Assembly (NCBI GenBank): GCA_031548435.1
Contig: JAVBRA010000007.1
Coordinates: 67,955-131,954 of the forward strand
From: Rikenellaceae bacterium
GTDB lineage: Bacteria; Bacteroidota; Bacteroidia; Bacteroidales; Rikenellaceae
Direction of reading: 5' to 3'
DNA length: 64,000 bases
Of this stretch, positions 14,919 through 24,238 are shown in pieces. The notes under the pieces are model-generated. The model did no database searches and was not told the origin of the DNA. It saw only the letters and a program-made list of their open reading frames with translations. The translations under genes were made by a program, and so were the position numbers. Each line of letters starts with the position of its first letter. Position 1 is the stretch's first letter.

Positions 14919-14940
14919 AATGAGAACCAAATGAGAACCA
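14919..14940. repeat. Tandem 11-bp repeat aatgagaacca x2
   Basis: Exact tandem duplication in the 205-bp intergenic gap between the excisionase-like gene and ORF 14952-15503. Confidence 0.6.
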
Positions 14941-14951
14941 TGACACCCATC

Positions 14952-15503
14952 CTACTTCAACCGCGATAATATATTTTGCATCTGAAGCACCTCATCTTCG
15001 GTTATTGCCCGCTTGCCGGGAATATCCTTTGCGCCATCATATGCAGACAAATACGTATCAATAAGCCTGTCCGTTCCAATATTGGAAATTCTTTCACGAA
15101 AGCACCCATACATTGACCGCTTGCTTTTTGTCCACGTTATCACCTGCGACTCTCGTAACGCCAACAATAAAATGGAGAACTCCCGGCCTCCTATATCGCT
15201 AAACTTCGATATAACCGGATCAACTAATTCAGGACTCACAAATAGATCCTCCAGCGACAACCCACTATTTCTCTTTTGGACGAGCCCCCGGATTCTATCA
15301 AATGCAGATTGCTTCCACATCAATTCGCGCTTCACAGTGGCTGTTATATGTACATTATTCGGAAGGCTCCCTCCAAAATACTCTTCTGCGATACGTTTTG
15401 ATTCTTCCATTGCCGTCGGGCTATCGTCATAGCCTACCCGATACTCAAAATCATCTTTTGAGATACGCAAATGATCCAATGATAGCCCCTTGTCGTCTTT
15501 CAT
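14952..15503 (-). CDS. Hypothetical protein co-transcribed with the integrase
   Basis: 183-aa ORF. Its ATG overlaps the integrase stop (15500-15503). No recognisable motif. Confidence 0.5.
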   Translation of the reverse strand: MKDDKGLSLDHLRISKDDFEYRVGYDDSPTAMEESKRIAEEYFGGSLPNNVHITATVKRELMWKQSAFDRIRGLVQKRNSGLSLEDLFVSPELVDPVISKFSDIGGREFSILLLALRESQVITWTKSKRSMYGCFRERISNIGTDRLIDTYLSAYDGAKDIPGKRAITEDEVLQMQNILSRLK

Positions 15504-16729
15504 AATCCGAATTTAGTCAGCAATTCCGCATTTTTCACCCGCTCCTCTTTTTCGAATGAAGCGAGGTAGTTCTCCGTGGTTCGGAGATCCTGATGGCCGA
15601 GACTTTCGGATATATAGGCGATATTCGCGCCGGAGCGCTTAAGCACAGTAGCATATGAGTGCCGGGCGGCGTATGTCGAGATAGTACCGATTCCCAGTTG
15701 TTTGCCAATCTCAGCCATGCGCTTATTGATGGCACGGGTCAGTTGCTTGGTTTTTTGCTTGAGCTTCAACGCATCCTCCCTACCATCTAAAACCGGGAAT
15801 ATGTAATTGCTGGGGCAAGATGGATTGCTCCATGTGTCGATGATACGTTTTACCGAATCCGTGATCACAACGCGCACCTCTTTACGGGTTCGGGTGGTGC
15901 GCTCGGTTTTCTGCCGGACAAAGTATATTTCGCCGTTTTCAATATCGCTGTATTTGAGTTTCACAAAATCAGCCATGTTCATACCATTGCATAGATATAG
16001 AAACAGCCACCAATCGCGGTATTTGGCCGTCGCCTTGCTGCCGTCGTCATACCGGGCAATCAGTCCGATTTGTTCAATCGTTAAAGCCATTTTACGGCCT
16101 TCACCAGTTTGGGGAACATACTTGTCCCGTCCGAACGGATATTGCGCCTCTTTGATTACCCCACCGCGTTTGGCTGCATTGAATATCGCGCGGAGTGTTC
16201 TCATGTGTATCGAGATTGTCGTGACCGCTTTGCCCTCAGCCTGCAAAAACTTCTCATAACGCTTCAGCCAGTCAACGCTCACTTTATCGAACCCGATCTT
16301 ATCCCCGGCAAAACGTTCTATACCGCTCAGCACATTCAAATACACATCCATGTTGCCGATCATGTTGTCGGACTTTAATTCAGCTATCTTGGCTCTGAAT
16401 GCAGTATTTACCGTGTCGCTGACCGCTCTTCTGAGTCGTCCGTTGAGGTTGTCGAAAGTAAAGATCCCTTCAGAGGCAAGAGCCTCAACGGCACCGCGCA
16501 CAATGTCAAAGCTATTGCGAATGCTTTCGCGTGTTGCAATAACAGCCCGCACTTTCGAGGCAGGCATCTTTTCCCATTCAGGCTTGGTCATTCGCTTGCC
16601 CGTGCTATAATACTTCCGATCCCGTCGATAGGTGACGCGTACTTTAACCGGGTATTCTCCAACCTCCGTTGATCGCCGGGTATCAAGCATAACCGACACT
16701 GTGATTCCGTCTTTTGAATAATCGTACAT
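15500..16729 (-). CDS. int: Tyrosine site-specific integrase (Bacteroides-type)
   Basis: 409 aa. The C-terminal catalytic region is 'TYAARHSYATVLKRSGANIAYISESLGHQDLRTTENYL' (R..H-x-x-R...H...Y). An N-terminal arm-binding-like beta segment and a SAM-like core are present. It is adjacent to attR. Confidence 0.9.
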   Translation of the reverse strand: MYDYSKDGITVSVMLDTRRSTEVGEYPVKVRVTYRRDRKYYSTGKRMTKPEWEKMPASKVRAVIATRESIRNSFDIVRGAVEALASEGIFTFDNLNGRLRRAVSDTVNTAFRAKIAELKSDNMIGNMDVYLNVLSGIERFAGDKIGFDKVSVDWLKRYEKFLQAEGKAVTTISIHMRTLRAIFNAAKRGGVIKEAQYPFGRDKYVPQTGEGRKMALTIEQIGLIARYDDGSKATAKYRDWWLFLYLCNGMNMADFVKLKYSDIENGEIYFVRQKTERTTRTRKEVRVVITDSVKRIIDTWSNPSCPSNYIFPVLDGREDALKLKQKTKQLTRAINKRMAEIGKQLGIGTISTYAARHSYATVLKRSGANIAYISESLGHQDLRTTENYLASFEKEERVKNAELLTKFGL

Positions 16730-16760
16730 CTATCTGCATGTGTTTTGTGTGGATCAAAAA

Positions 16761-16782
16761 TTTGCACACACTATTTGCACAC
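16761..16782 (+). promoter_or_regulatory. Two direct TTTGCACAC copies 13 bp apart (candidate arm-type sites or int promoter region, right end)
   Basis: tttgcacac at 16761-16769 and 16774-16782, between the int start (16729) and attR (16908). Confidence 0.45.
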
Positions 16783-16907
16783 AAATATAACGATTATTAT
16801 TAAATAACTTCAAATTAAATGAGAATTATTCTCTATATTTACTCTGTAAAACAACCATTTACGGATTAATATGAATTATTTAAAAACCACATGAAGTTAA
16901 ATTATTA

Positions 16908-16953
16908 TGCTTTGGGAGCAGGGGGTCGTGGGTTCGAATCCCGCTACCCCGAC
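16908..16953 (+). repeat. attR: displaced 3' half of tRNA-Pro (46-bp direct repeat)
   Basis: Identical to 961-1006. There is no 5' half (no acceptor 5' strand or D-arm upstream), so it is not a functional tRNA. Confidence 0.9.
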
Positions 16954-16963
16954 AATCCTTAAA

Positions 16964-16996
16964 AAGACACTTGCATCTTTTGCAGGTGTCTTTTTT
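16964..16996 (+). terminator. Probable original tRNA-Pro terminator, displaced by the island
   Basis: Stem aagacacttgca / tgcaggtgtctt (one G-U) followed by TTTTTT, 11 nt after the partial tRNA copy. Confidence 0.6.
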
Positions 16997-17310
16997 GGTT
17001 TTTTTACGGTCAGTTTTATTTGAAAAAGGTATTTAGAAACGTTTCATTCAAGATTCGACATTTCACTTTTTCTGCAGATTTTCCGAAAATTTCATGGAAA
17101 TCGACCCGGTTTAGATGCCATCAAAAAAGGGTTCCCTGTCGTTCGAGTCCTTTTTCATCTTTGCCGGAAAGCCCTTGACCCCGACCCATTTCTTGAGGTT
17201 TTCAACAACTGAACACACTCATTATCAGCAGACACAGATCAGCGCGAAGATATCTCCGAAACAACAAAAGCCTGCCGGGAAGCAGACTTCTTATTGAGAT
17301 TTTTGACGGA

Positions 17311-17904
17311 TCACCCCGCAAACGCCTCCAGCCGGGCGCACAGGGCATGCACCGGCAATCCCATCACATTGTAGAACGACCCCTCGATAGCGCTGACGGC
17401 CATATAGCCGATCCACTCCTGGATACCATACGCCCCGGCTTTATCGAACGGCTTGTAATGGCCGATGTAATACGCGATCTGCTCGTCGGTCAGAGTAGAA
17501 AAGGTCACCGCCGTCTCCACATCGAAACTCTCTTTGCGGGACGCGCTGCGCAGGGTGCATCCCGTCACCACCGAATGGCTGCGCCCGGAGAGCATCCGCA
17601 ACATCCGGGCGGCATGGGCGGCGTCCGACGGTTTGCCCAGGATCGCATCGTCCACAATCACCACCGTGTCGGCCGTGATCAGAATATCCTTTTCGCCGAG
17701 CGGCTGCGGATAGGCCCCGCTCTTTTTATCGGACAGATAACGGGCCGCCTCGCGCGCAGACATCCCCTCCGGCACCGACTCGTCGACTGCAAACGGCACC
17801 CCCTGTTCAAACCCGATGCCGCACCCGGCCAGTAACTCCCGGCGGCGGGGAGAATTGCTGCCCAGGATCACCTGCCAGCCCGACAATTTATCGTTCAGTA
17901 ACAT
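17311..17904 (-). CDS. maf: Maf-like nucleoside triphosphate pyrophosphatase
   Basis: 197 aa. 'ILGSNSPRRRELL', 'ADTVV', 'GKP' and 'KAGAYGIQ' are conserved Maf motifs. Confidence 0.9.
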   Translation of the reverse strand: MLLNDKLSGWQVILGSNSPRRRELLAGCGIGFEQGVPFAVDESVPEGMSAREAARYLSDKKSGAYPQPLGEKDILITADTVVIVDDAILGKPSDAAHAARMLRMLSGRSHSVVTGCTLRSASRKESFDVETAVTFSTLTDEQIAYYIGHYKPFDKAGAYGIQEWIGYMAVSAIEGSFYNVMGLPVHALCARLEAFAG

Positions 17905-18121
17905 AAGAAAACCGGTTCCATTCGATGATCGCCCCTTTCAAAACGCCGCAAAGCGGAAGAGCCGCAGGCTCTCTGCAAACGAAGCGATCATCATAAACGC
18001 CCACAAGGTTGTTTCAGGAATCACCTTGTGAATGCGCACAATAATAAATGCATCTGCGATGCGGAATAAAAAAGGAGGTGCTTCCCGTAGCGAGACCACC
18101 TCCCTGTCAATCATTTAGACG

Positions 18122-18694
18122 TTATTGTCCGCAACCGCAACCACAGGAGGATTTATCCTCTTCACAGCCGCACGAGTCGTCGCAGTTACAGCCGTCGTCG
18201 CCACAACCGCAGCCGCCCATCATGGCCTGAAGCTTCATCAGGTCTTCTTCGGTCACGTCGCGCACACCGATCACTTCGCCCTCGAAATGGAGGCTTTTGC
18301 CGGCCATCGGGTGGTTGAAATCGAGCATCACCACGTCGTCCCTGACCTCTTTCACCACGGCGATGTGGCGGTTACCTTCGTTGTCGCTCATGGTCAATGC
18401 GTTGCCGATATTCAGCAACCCCTCTTCGATCACGCCATCAATCATGAACGCCGTCTTCGGGAACTCGATCAGCGCCGTTTCGTCTTTCGGGCCGTAAGCC
18501 TCTTCGGCCTCAAGCGAGAATTTGAACGTGTCGCCCACACCCTTGCCCGCCAGGTTCTGTTCGAATTTCGGCAGCAGGAAGCCCGAACCGAAAATGAACT
18601 CCAACGGCTTTTCGGCCGTCACGTTCTCTACCACCTCACCGCCAACGGTCAAACGATATGTGATGGAAACAAATTTGTTCTCTGCAATTTTCAT
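18122..18694 (-). CDS. slyD: FKBP-type peptidyl-prolyl isomerase SlyD-like with a Cys/Asp-rich C-terminal tail
   Basis: 190 aa. 'VSITYRLTV.GEVVE', the insert-in-flap region and 'LDFNHPMAGKSLHFEGEVIGVR' are present. The tail is 'GGCGCGDDGCNCDDSCGCEEDKSSCGCGCGQ'. Confidence 0.85.
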   Translation of the reverse strand: MKIAENKFVSITYRLTVGGEVVENVTAEKPLEFIFGSGFLLPKFEQNLAGKGVGDTFKFSLEAEEAYGPKDETALIEFPKTAFMIDGVIEEGLLNIGNALTMSDNEGNRHIAVVKEVRDDVVMLDFNHPMAGKSLHFEGEVIGVRDVTEEDLMKLQAMMGGCGCGDDGCNCDDSCGCEEDKSSCGCGCGQ

Positions 18695-18883
18695 CTTATC
18701 TTCAATTGATTAGTTACTAACAAACGTTTTTAAACCCAATTTATTTCGCCCGTAATACCCACCGGTTGTGCGGAGAGTGCGTCGTTCCGGAATATCGTTT
18801 TGTTTTTCAACCGCAGCGTACCAAAAGACGCGAACATCGGTAAAAGAACAGACGTCCCGCAAATGGCATGCCATACGCACAGC

Positions 18884-21745
18884 CTACAAGTATGCCTCCA
18901 GCGCCGTACAGGTACAAACCAGGTTGCGGTCGCCATAGCCTCCGTCGATCTTGGTCACATGGGGCCAGAACTTGTTCTCGGCCACCCAAGCCAGCGGATA
19001 GGCCGCCTTGTGGCGCGGATAGGGATGCGACCACTCGTCCGAAGTGGTTTCGAAATCGGTGTGCGGCGCCATTTTGACGACGTTGTCTTCGGCATCGGCC
19101 GCACCCGCCTTGATCTCCTCGCACTCGGCCTTGATCTGGATCAGCGCTTCCAGGAAACGGTCCATTTCGGCCTTCGGTTCGCTTTCGGTGGGCTCGACCA
19201 TCAGCGTGTCGTGCACCGGGAACGACAGCGTGGGGGCATGGAACCCGTAGTCCATCAACCGGCGGGCGATGTCGCCGCACTCGACGCCGTACTCCTTGCG
19301 GATATGCTGCATGTTGACGATCATTTCGTGGCCCACGCGGCCCGTTTCGCCCGTGTAGAGGATGTCGAAATGCCCTTTGATGGCCGCCGCCATATAGTTG
19401 GCATTGACGATGGCCATTTCCGTGGCGCGTTTCAGGCCGTTGGCCCCCAACATCTTGATATAGGCATAAGTAATGGGCAGAATGGCCGTGCTTCCGTAAG
19501 GCGAAGCCGCCACCGCCGTGATGCCTTCCGCCCCGCCAGTGGCCACCACCGGATGCGAGGGCAGGAACGGAGCCAGATGCCTGGCCACTGAGATCGTCCC
19601 TACACCCGGGCCGCCGCCGCCGTGGGGCATGGCGAAGGTCTTGTGCAGGTTCAGGTGGCACACATCGGCCCCGATGAAACCGGGATTGGTGAGCCCCACC
19701 TGGGCGTTCATGTTCGCGCCGTCCATATACACCTGGCCGCCGTTTTCGTGCACCACGTCCACCATCTGGCGGATGCGGCTCTCGAACACGCCGTGGGTCG
19801 AGGGATAGGTGATCATCACGCACGAGAGGGTCTGTTTATACTGTGCGGCCTTTTCGCGCAGGTCGTCGACGTTGATGTTGCCCTTGTCGTCGCAGGCAAC
19901 CACCACCACCTTCATACCCGCCATGGCGGCCGAGGCGGGGTTGGTACCGTGTGCCGACGCCGGGATCAGGGCCACGTCGCGATGCCCTTGCCCGCGGCTG
20001 ATATGATAGGCACGGATCACCATCAGGCCGGCATACTCGCCGCTGGCGCCCGAGTTGGGCTGCAACGACGTGGCATGGAAACCGGTGATCACCGACAGGT
20101 CTTTTTCCAGTTCATGGATCATTTCAAGGTACCCTTCGGCCTGCGATGCCGGCACGAACGGGTGGATATTCGTGAACCCGGCCAGGCTGACGGGCATCAT
20201 CGAAGCGGCCGAATTGAGCTTCATGGTGCACGACCCGAGCGGGATCATGCTGTTGGCCAGCGAAATGTCCCTGCGTTCAAGTTTCTTGATGTAGCGCATC
20301 AGGTCGGTTTCGTTGTGGTAGCGGTTGAACACCGTTTCCGTCAGGATCGCGTCTTTGCGGACGAACGAAGCCGGGAAAGATGTTTCTTCCCCGATCGCCT
20401 CGATCGTTTTGTAGGTTTTTCCGGCGGCTTCGGCCAGAATCGCAACCACGGCGTTCACTTCATCGAGGGTGGTCACTTCGTCGAAGCTCATCTGCACCGA
20501 GCCGGCGTCGGGATAGAAGAAGTTGATCCCGCGGGCCAGGGCGATGCCTTTGACCTTCTCGGCATCGGCCGCAATGCAGATGGTGTCGAAGAACGTATCG
20601 GACACCGGTTCGTAACCCAACTCCCTGGCGGCTTTCGCAACGGCGGCGGCATGCGAGTGGGCGTTCAGGGCGATGCGCTTCAATCCCTGCGGGCCGTGGT
20701 AAACGGCAAACATCCCGGCCATGGTGGCCATCAACGCCTGGGCGGTGCAGATGTTCGAGGTGGCTTTTTCTCGCTTGATATGCTGTTCGCGGGTCTGCAA
20801 TGACATACGCAACGCCTTGTTGCCCAACCGGTCGACTGAAACGCCGATGATGCGGCCCGGGATCACGCGCTTGAACACGTCTTTGGCGGCCATATACCCT
20901 GCCGACGGCCCGCCGAATCCCATCGGGATGCCCATGCGCTGGGTCGATCCCACGGCAATGTCGGCCCCCCACGAGGCGGGCGACTGAAGCAGCGCCAGGC
21001 TCAGCAGATCGGCGGCGGCGGTAACGAACAGGCCGGCTTCGTGCGCCCTGGCGGCAAAGGCGGTATAATCGCACAATTCGCCGTTGGCAGCCGGATACTG
21101 CACCAGCACCCCGAACTCGCGCCCGGTAAATTCGTAATCTTTAAAACTCCCGCTGGCCAACTCAATACCGAGCGGTTCGGAACGGGTCAGCAGCACGTCC
21201 ATCGTCTGCGGGAAAATATTTTCGTCCACGAACAGCACGTTGCGGCCCTCTTTCACCGCCTCGCGCGAACGCTGGTTGAACATCATGTTCATCGCCTCGG
21301 CGGCGGCGGTAGCCTCGTCCAGCAGCGAGCAGTTGCTGATCTCCAGTCCGGTAAGGCTCACTACCATCGTTTGGTAGTTGAGCAGCGCTTCGAGGCGGCC
21401 CTGCGAAATCTCGGCCTGATAAGGAGTGTAGGAGGTGTACCACGCCGGATTTTCGAGCACGTTGCGCAGCACGGGGGCCAGACAGGCCGTGCCATAATAC
21501 CCCATGCCGATGAACGAGCGGTATTGCTTGTTCTTGTCGGCCAACGAACGGATATGCCCCGCGAATTCATATTCGCTCATCCCCTCGGCCGGAAGCGCCA
21601 GCGGCTCTTTCAGCCGGATGTCGGCGGGCACCACCTGCCCGATCAGTTCGTCGACGCTCGCCACGCCGATGGTTTTCAACATTTGATCCAGGTCGGCGCC
21701 CTCTTTCACCCCGACGTGACGGTCGATAAATTTATCCTGTGCCAT
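18884..21745 (-). CDS. gcvP: Glycine dehydrogenase (decarboxylating), glycine cleavage P protein
   Basis: About 953 aa from 'MAQDKFIDRHVG'. It shows full-length P-protein features, including 'NLHKTFAMPHGGGGPG' (PLP-Lys region). Confidence 0.95.
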   Translation of the reverse strand: MAQDKFIDRHVGVKEGADLDQMLKTIGVASVDELIGQVVPADIRLKEPLALPAEGMSEYEFAGHIRSLADKNKQYRSFIGMGYYGTACLAPVLRNVLENPAWYTSYTPYQAEISQGRLEALLNYQTMVVSLTGLEISNCSLLDEATAAAEAMNMMFNQRSREAVKEGRNVLFVDENIFPQTMDVLLTRSEPLGIELASGSFKDYEFTGREFGVLVQYPAANGELCDYTAFAARAHEAGLFVTAAADLLSLALLQSPASWGADIAVGSTQRMGIPMGFGGPSAGYMAAKDVFKRVIPGRIIGVSVDRLGNKALRMSLQTREQHIKREKATSNICTAQALMATMAGMFAVYHGPQGLKRIALNAHSHAAAVAKAARELGYEPVSDTFFDTICIAADAEKVKGIALARGINFFYPDAGSVQMSFDEVTTLDEVNAVVAILAEAAGKTYKTIEAIGEETSFPASFVRKDAILTETVFNRYHNETDLMRYIKKLERRDISLANSMIPLGSCTMKLNSAASMMPVSLAGFTNIHPFVPASQAEGYLEMIHELEKDLSVITGFHATSLQPNSGASGEYAGLMVIRAYHISRGQGHRDVALIPASAHGTNPASAAMAGMKVVVVACDDKGNINVDDLREKAAQYKQTLSCVMITYPSTHGVFESRIRQMVDVVHENGGQVYMDGANMNAQVGLTNPGFIGADVCHLNLHKTFAMPHGGGGPGVGTISVARHLAPFLPSHPVVATGGAEGITAVAASPYGSTAILPITYAYIKMLGANGLKRATEMAIVNANYMAAAIKGHFDILYTGETGRVGHEMIVNMQHIRKEYGVECGDIARRLMDYGFHAPTLSFPVHDTLMVEPTESEPKAEMDRFLEALIQIKAECEEIKAGAADAEDNVVKMAPHTDFETTSDEWSHPYPRHKAAYPLAWVAENKFWPHVTKIDGGYGDRNLVCTCTALEAYL

Positions 21746-22047
21746 GCTTATAATGATGATTTTAGATTTTTTCAACACGAAGCACAAAGGTAAGAATTAT
21801 TTGCGGGGATACAATCCGCCCGCCGGCACATTTTAAAGAAGCGCGGCCTCCGCGGGGAGGGAAAACACCGTTTCCCGATGCAATAAAGCCATTGCCGGCG
21901 GATCGGCATTAAACACCGCAACCGCCGGACAATCCCGAAATTTCTCGCCGATAGCAAAAACATAACGGCCGCATCGCGCGTTTCTAATTTGAGAAAGCGT
22001 TTTTTTTGACTACTTTTGCAAATCTTGTGTTTTGTGGGAAAGGCTTT

Positions 22048-23301
22048 ATGACGGAAAAGAGATTGCACGAAGGCGGGCCGGTAAGGATCGTGGCGATAGG
22101 GGCAGGCAACCGCACCTCGAAATATATGGAATATTCGGTTCTCAACCCCGACAAACTGAAGTTGGTGGGGGTTGTGGAGCCCAACCGCATACGCCGCGAG
22201 GCCATCGCCCGGAAGTACGGGGTGCCGGCCGGGCATTGCTTTGAAGAGTACCCCGATTTTTTCCTCCATCCGGTCGAGGCCGACGCGGTCATGATCTGCA
22301 CCCCCGACGACAAACACTACGAGCCGTGCATGATGGCCATCGAAGCCGGATACCACGTGCTGCTGGAAAAACCGATTGCCCAGACATTGCCCGAATGCCA
22401 CGCCATTGCCCGCAAAGCGAAAGAGAAAGGGGTGATCGTGGGGGTGTGCCATGTGCTGAGATACCATCCTTACTTTGTCAGGATCAAGGAGATCATCGAC
22501 TCGGGCGAACTGGGCGAGATCATCACCATCAACCACTCCGAGGGCGTGGGCATCGACCGCACCACCCACGGGTTCGTGCGCGGGATATGGAGCCGGGAAG
22601 AGCGCACCAACCCCATGCTCATTTCCAAATGCTGCCACGACATCGACTTTCTGCTGTGGCTCACCAAAACCAAATGCCGTAAGGTCAGTTCGTTCGGGTC
22701 GCTGCGCTGGTTCCGCCAGGCCAACGCCCCGGCCGGCAGTTCCACGCGTTGCATCACATGCGGCATCGAGAAAGATTGCCCGTTTTCGGCCGTCGACCTC
22801 TACTACAACCGGCGCGACTGGATCTCGAATTTCGACGTGCCCCCCGGGAAAACCCTCGACCAGGTGATCATGCAGGAACTCGAAACGGGCGACTACGGCC
22901 GGTGCGTCTACCATTGCGACAACGACACGGTCGACAACCAAACCGTATCAATGGTGATGGAGGACGACACCACCCTCTCGTTCTCGATGAACGTCTTCTC
23001 GGTCGAGGACAACCGCGAAACGCACATCATGCTGACCCACGGCGAAATCCACGGCAACGAGCGGAAACTGAAGATCCACCGTTTCCGCGACCGCAGCGAA
23101 CACGTCATCGACTTTTCGGCCGTGTGCATGGAACCGTTCCACGGCGGGGCCGACCTTGCGCTGCTTGAAGATTTCCTCGACACCGTCCGCAGCGGGGACA
23201 CCACCGGCTTCCGCACCTCGATCGACGAATCGCTCGAAAGCCACCGCATCTGCCACGAGGCCGAACGCAGCCGCCTGTCGGGCGAAACGGTGACGCTATA
23301 A
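22048..23301 (+). CDS. Gfo/Idh/MocA family oxidoreductase
   Basis: 'VRIVAIGAGNRTSKY' is an N-terminal Rossmann motif. 'EKPIA' is the consensus. The start was set at 'MTEKRLHEGG'. Confidence 0.8.
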   Translation: MTEKRLHEGGPVRIVAIGAGNRTSKYMEYSVLNPDKLKLVGVVEPNRIRREAIARKYGVPAGHCFEEYPDFFLHPVEADAVMICTPDDKHYEPCMMAIEAGYHVLLEKPIAQTLPECHAIARKAKEKGVIVGVCHVLRYHPYFVRIKEIIDSGELGEIITINHSEGVGIDRTTHGFVRGIWSREERTNPMLISKCCHDIDFLLWLTKTKCRKVSSFGSLRWFRQANAPAGSSTRCITCGIEKDCPFSAVDLYYNRRDWISNFDVPPGKTLDQVIMQELETGDYGRCVYHCDNDTVDNQTVSMVMEDDTTLSFSMNVFSVEDNRETHIMLTHGEIHGNERKLKIHRFRDRSEHVIDFSAVCMEPFHGGADLALLEDFLDTVRSGDTTGFRTSIDESLESHRICHEAERSRLSGETVTL

Positions 23302-23320
23302 TCGCACTGCCTTGAAACAC

Positions 23321-23356
23321 AAAACCGGGAGTCTGGATAGGCTCCCGGTTTTGTTT
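23321..23356. terminator. Bidirectional Rho-independent terminator
   Basis: Stem aaaaccgggag / ctcccggtttt with loop tctggatag, between convergent genes. Confidence 0.7.
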
Positions 23357-23368
23357 ATCCCCGCCCGA

Positions 23369-24130
23369 TCAATGTTGCGGCAGGAATTTCACCGCATCGG
23401 CATCAGAGAAAAGTGCGTATTGCTTCGCACCCGGAATTGAACCAACCGTAACTTTTTTGTCCGAATAAACAACCAACCAGTAGAGATCCGCATCCTCCTC
23501 GGGCGACAGGGACACAAGACCCAACATGACAAAAGTGGTCGCATCCTTCTCTTCAAAAGCATTCACATATAGGAGCAGAGGCCCATCCGGGCGCAGGTAC
23601 TCATACCTTTCACGGATAAAATCGTCAATGCCGGTCGCTTTATCCTCATGCAGACACATCTGCACCGTATTCAACCCTCCATCTTCGTCCAAAAAGTACC
23701 TTATGAGCGAAATAGCATCCGACACATTGCTGTAAGTGATGAGCGACCCATAGTCGTGCTCGGGCTCCCCGTGCCTGTCGATGATTTTTTCTCGGGAAGC
23801 TCCCCATTCGGTGATCGGTTCTTCATACAGGTTATACACCGGTTCAACCGTCACCTGGCAGGCGACCCCATTGGCATGGATCGTGGCAGTCCCGACCTTG
23901 CGGGCGGCCACCAGCCCAGCGTTCGAGACCGAGGCCACGAACCGATCGGACGAACTCCAGGCAATCGATTTCCGCCCCTCTTCGGAAGAGATCAGCTGAC
24001 GCGTCTGGCCTGCCTTGAGTGTAATATTCGAATAATTAAGCGACGGCGCCTGCTTCGGATCGGAAGAACAGGCCGCAAGGAACACGCATGCGAAAAAAGA
24101 CGCGGTCAAAATAGTTCTCATTTGCTTCAT
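23369..24130 (-). CDS. Lipoprotein with a bacterial Ig-like (Big_2-like) domain
   Basis: The start is set at 'MKQMRTILTASFFACVFLAACSS' (lipobox). 'ITLKAGQTRQL...WSSSDRFVASVSNAGLVAARKVGTATIHA' resembles Big_2. Confidence 0.55.
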   Translation of the reverse strand: MKQMRTILTASFFACVFLAACSSDPKQAPSLNYSNITLKAGQTRQLISSEEGRKSIAWSSSDRFVASVSNAGLVAARKVGTATIHANGVACQVTVEPVYNLYEEPITEWGASREKIIDRHGEPEHDYGSLITYSNVSDAISLIRYFLDEDGGLNTVQMCLHEDKATGIDDFIRERYEYLRPDGPLLLYVNAFEEKDATTFVMLGLVSLSPEEDADLYWLVVYSDKKVTVGSIPGAKQYALFSDADAVKFLPQH

Positions 24131-24238
24131 AAATACATGGAAGTTTGTTAATATATTCAAAATATACTGCAATGAACGTATTTTCCAAATACAATACTTG
24201 GGCCGTTGCGACCCGGGTATTTTTCAACCGACGGAAAC

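Larger units (their letters stand above)
961..16953. mobile_element. Integrative island 1 (~16 kb) inserted in the 3' end of tRNA-Pro
   Basis: Bounded by the 46-bp direct repeat. A tyrosine integrase (15500-16729) sits next to the distal repeat. An excisionase-type HTH and a primase-like gene are present. The interior is visibly AT-richer than the flanks. All genes are on the minus strand. Confidence 0.85.

Noticed and set aside
16908-16953. A second tRNA-Pro gene.
   Set aside because: Only the 3' half, from the anticodon loop onward, is present. There is no acceptor 5' strand or D-arm upstream. It is the att repeat of island 1.
18807-21074. Several long ORFs overlapping gcvP on either strand (for example 18807-19823 minus, 19622-20803 plus, 20460-21074 minus).
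   Set aside because: They are fully nested in an unmistakable 950-aa glycine dehydrogenase gene. Their translations are Arg/Gly/His/Pro-rich low-complexity strings typical of off-frame reading of GC-rich coding DNA.
21746-22047. Possible glycine riboswitch in the 5' region of gcvP.
   Set aside because: I looked on the minus strand for the conserved GGAGAG ... ACCGAAGGGGCAA-type cores and did not find them. I cannot support a riboswitch without a covariance-model search (Rfam RF00504).
21772-22941. 389-aa minus-strand ORF spanning the gcvP/oxidoreductase intergenic region and the oxidoreductase gene.
   Set aside because: It is antisense to a well-supported Gfo/Idh/MocA gene. It has no start context and a low-complexity Val/Gly/Ala/Arg/His composition.
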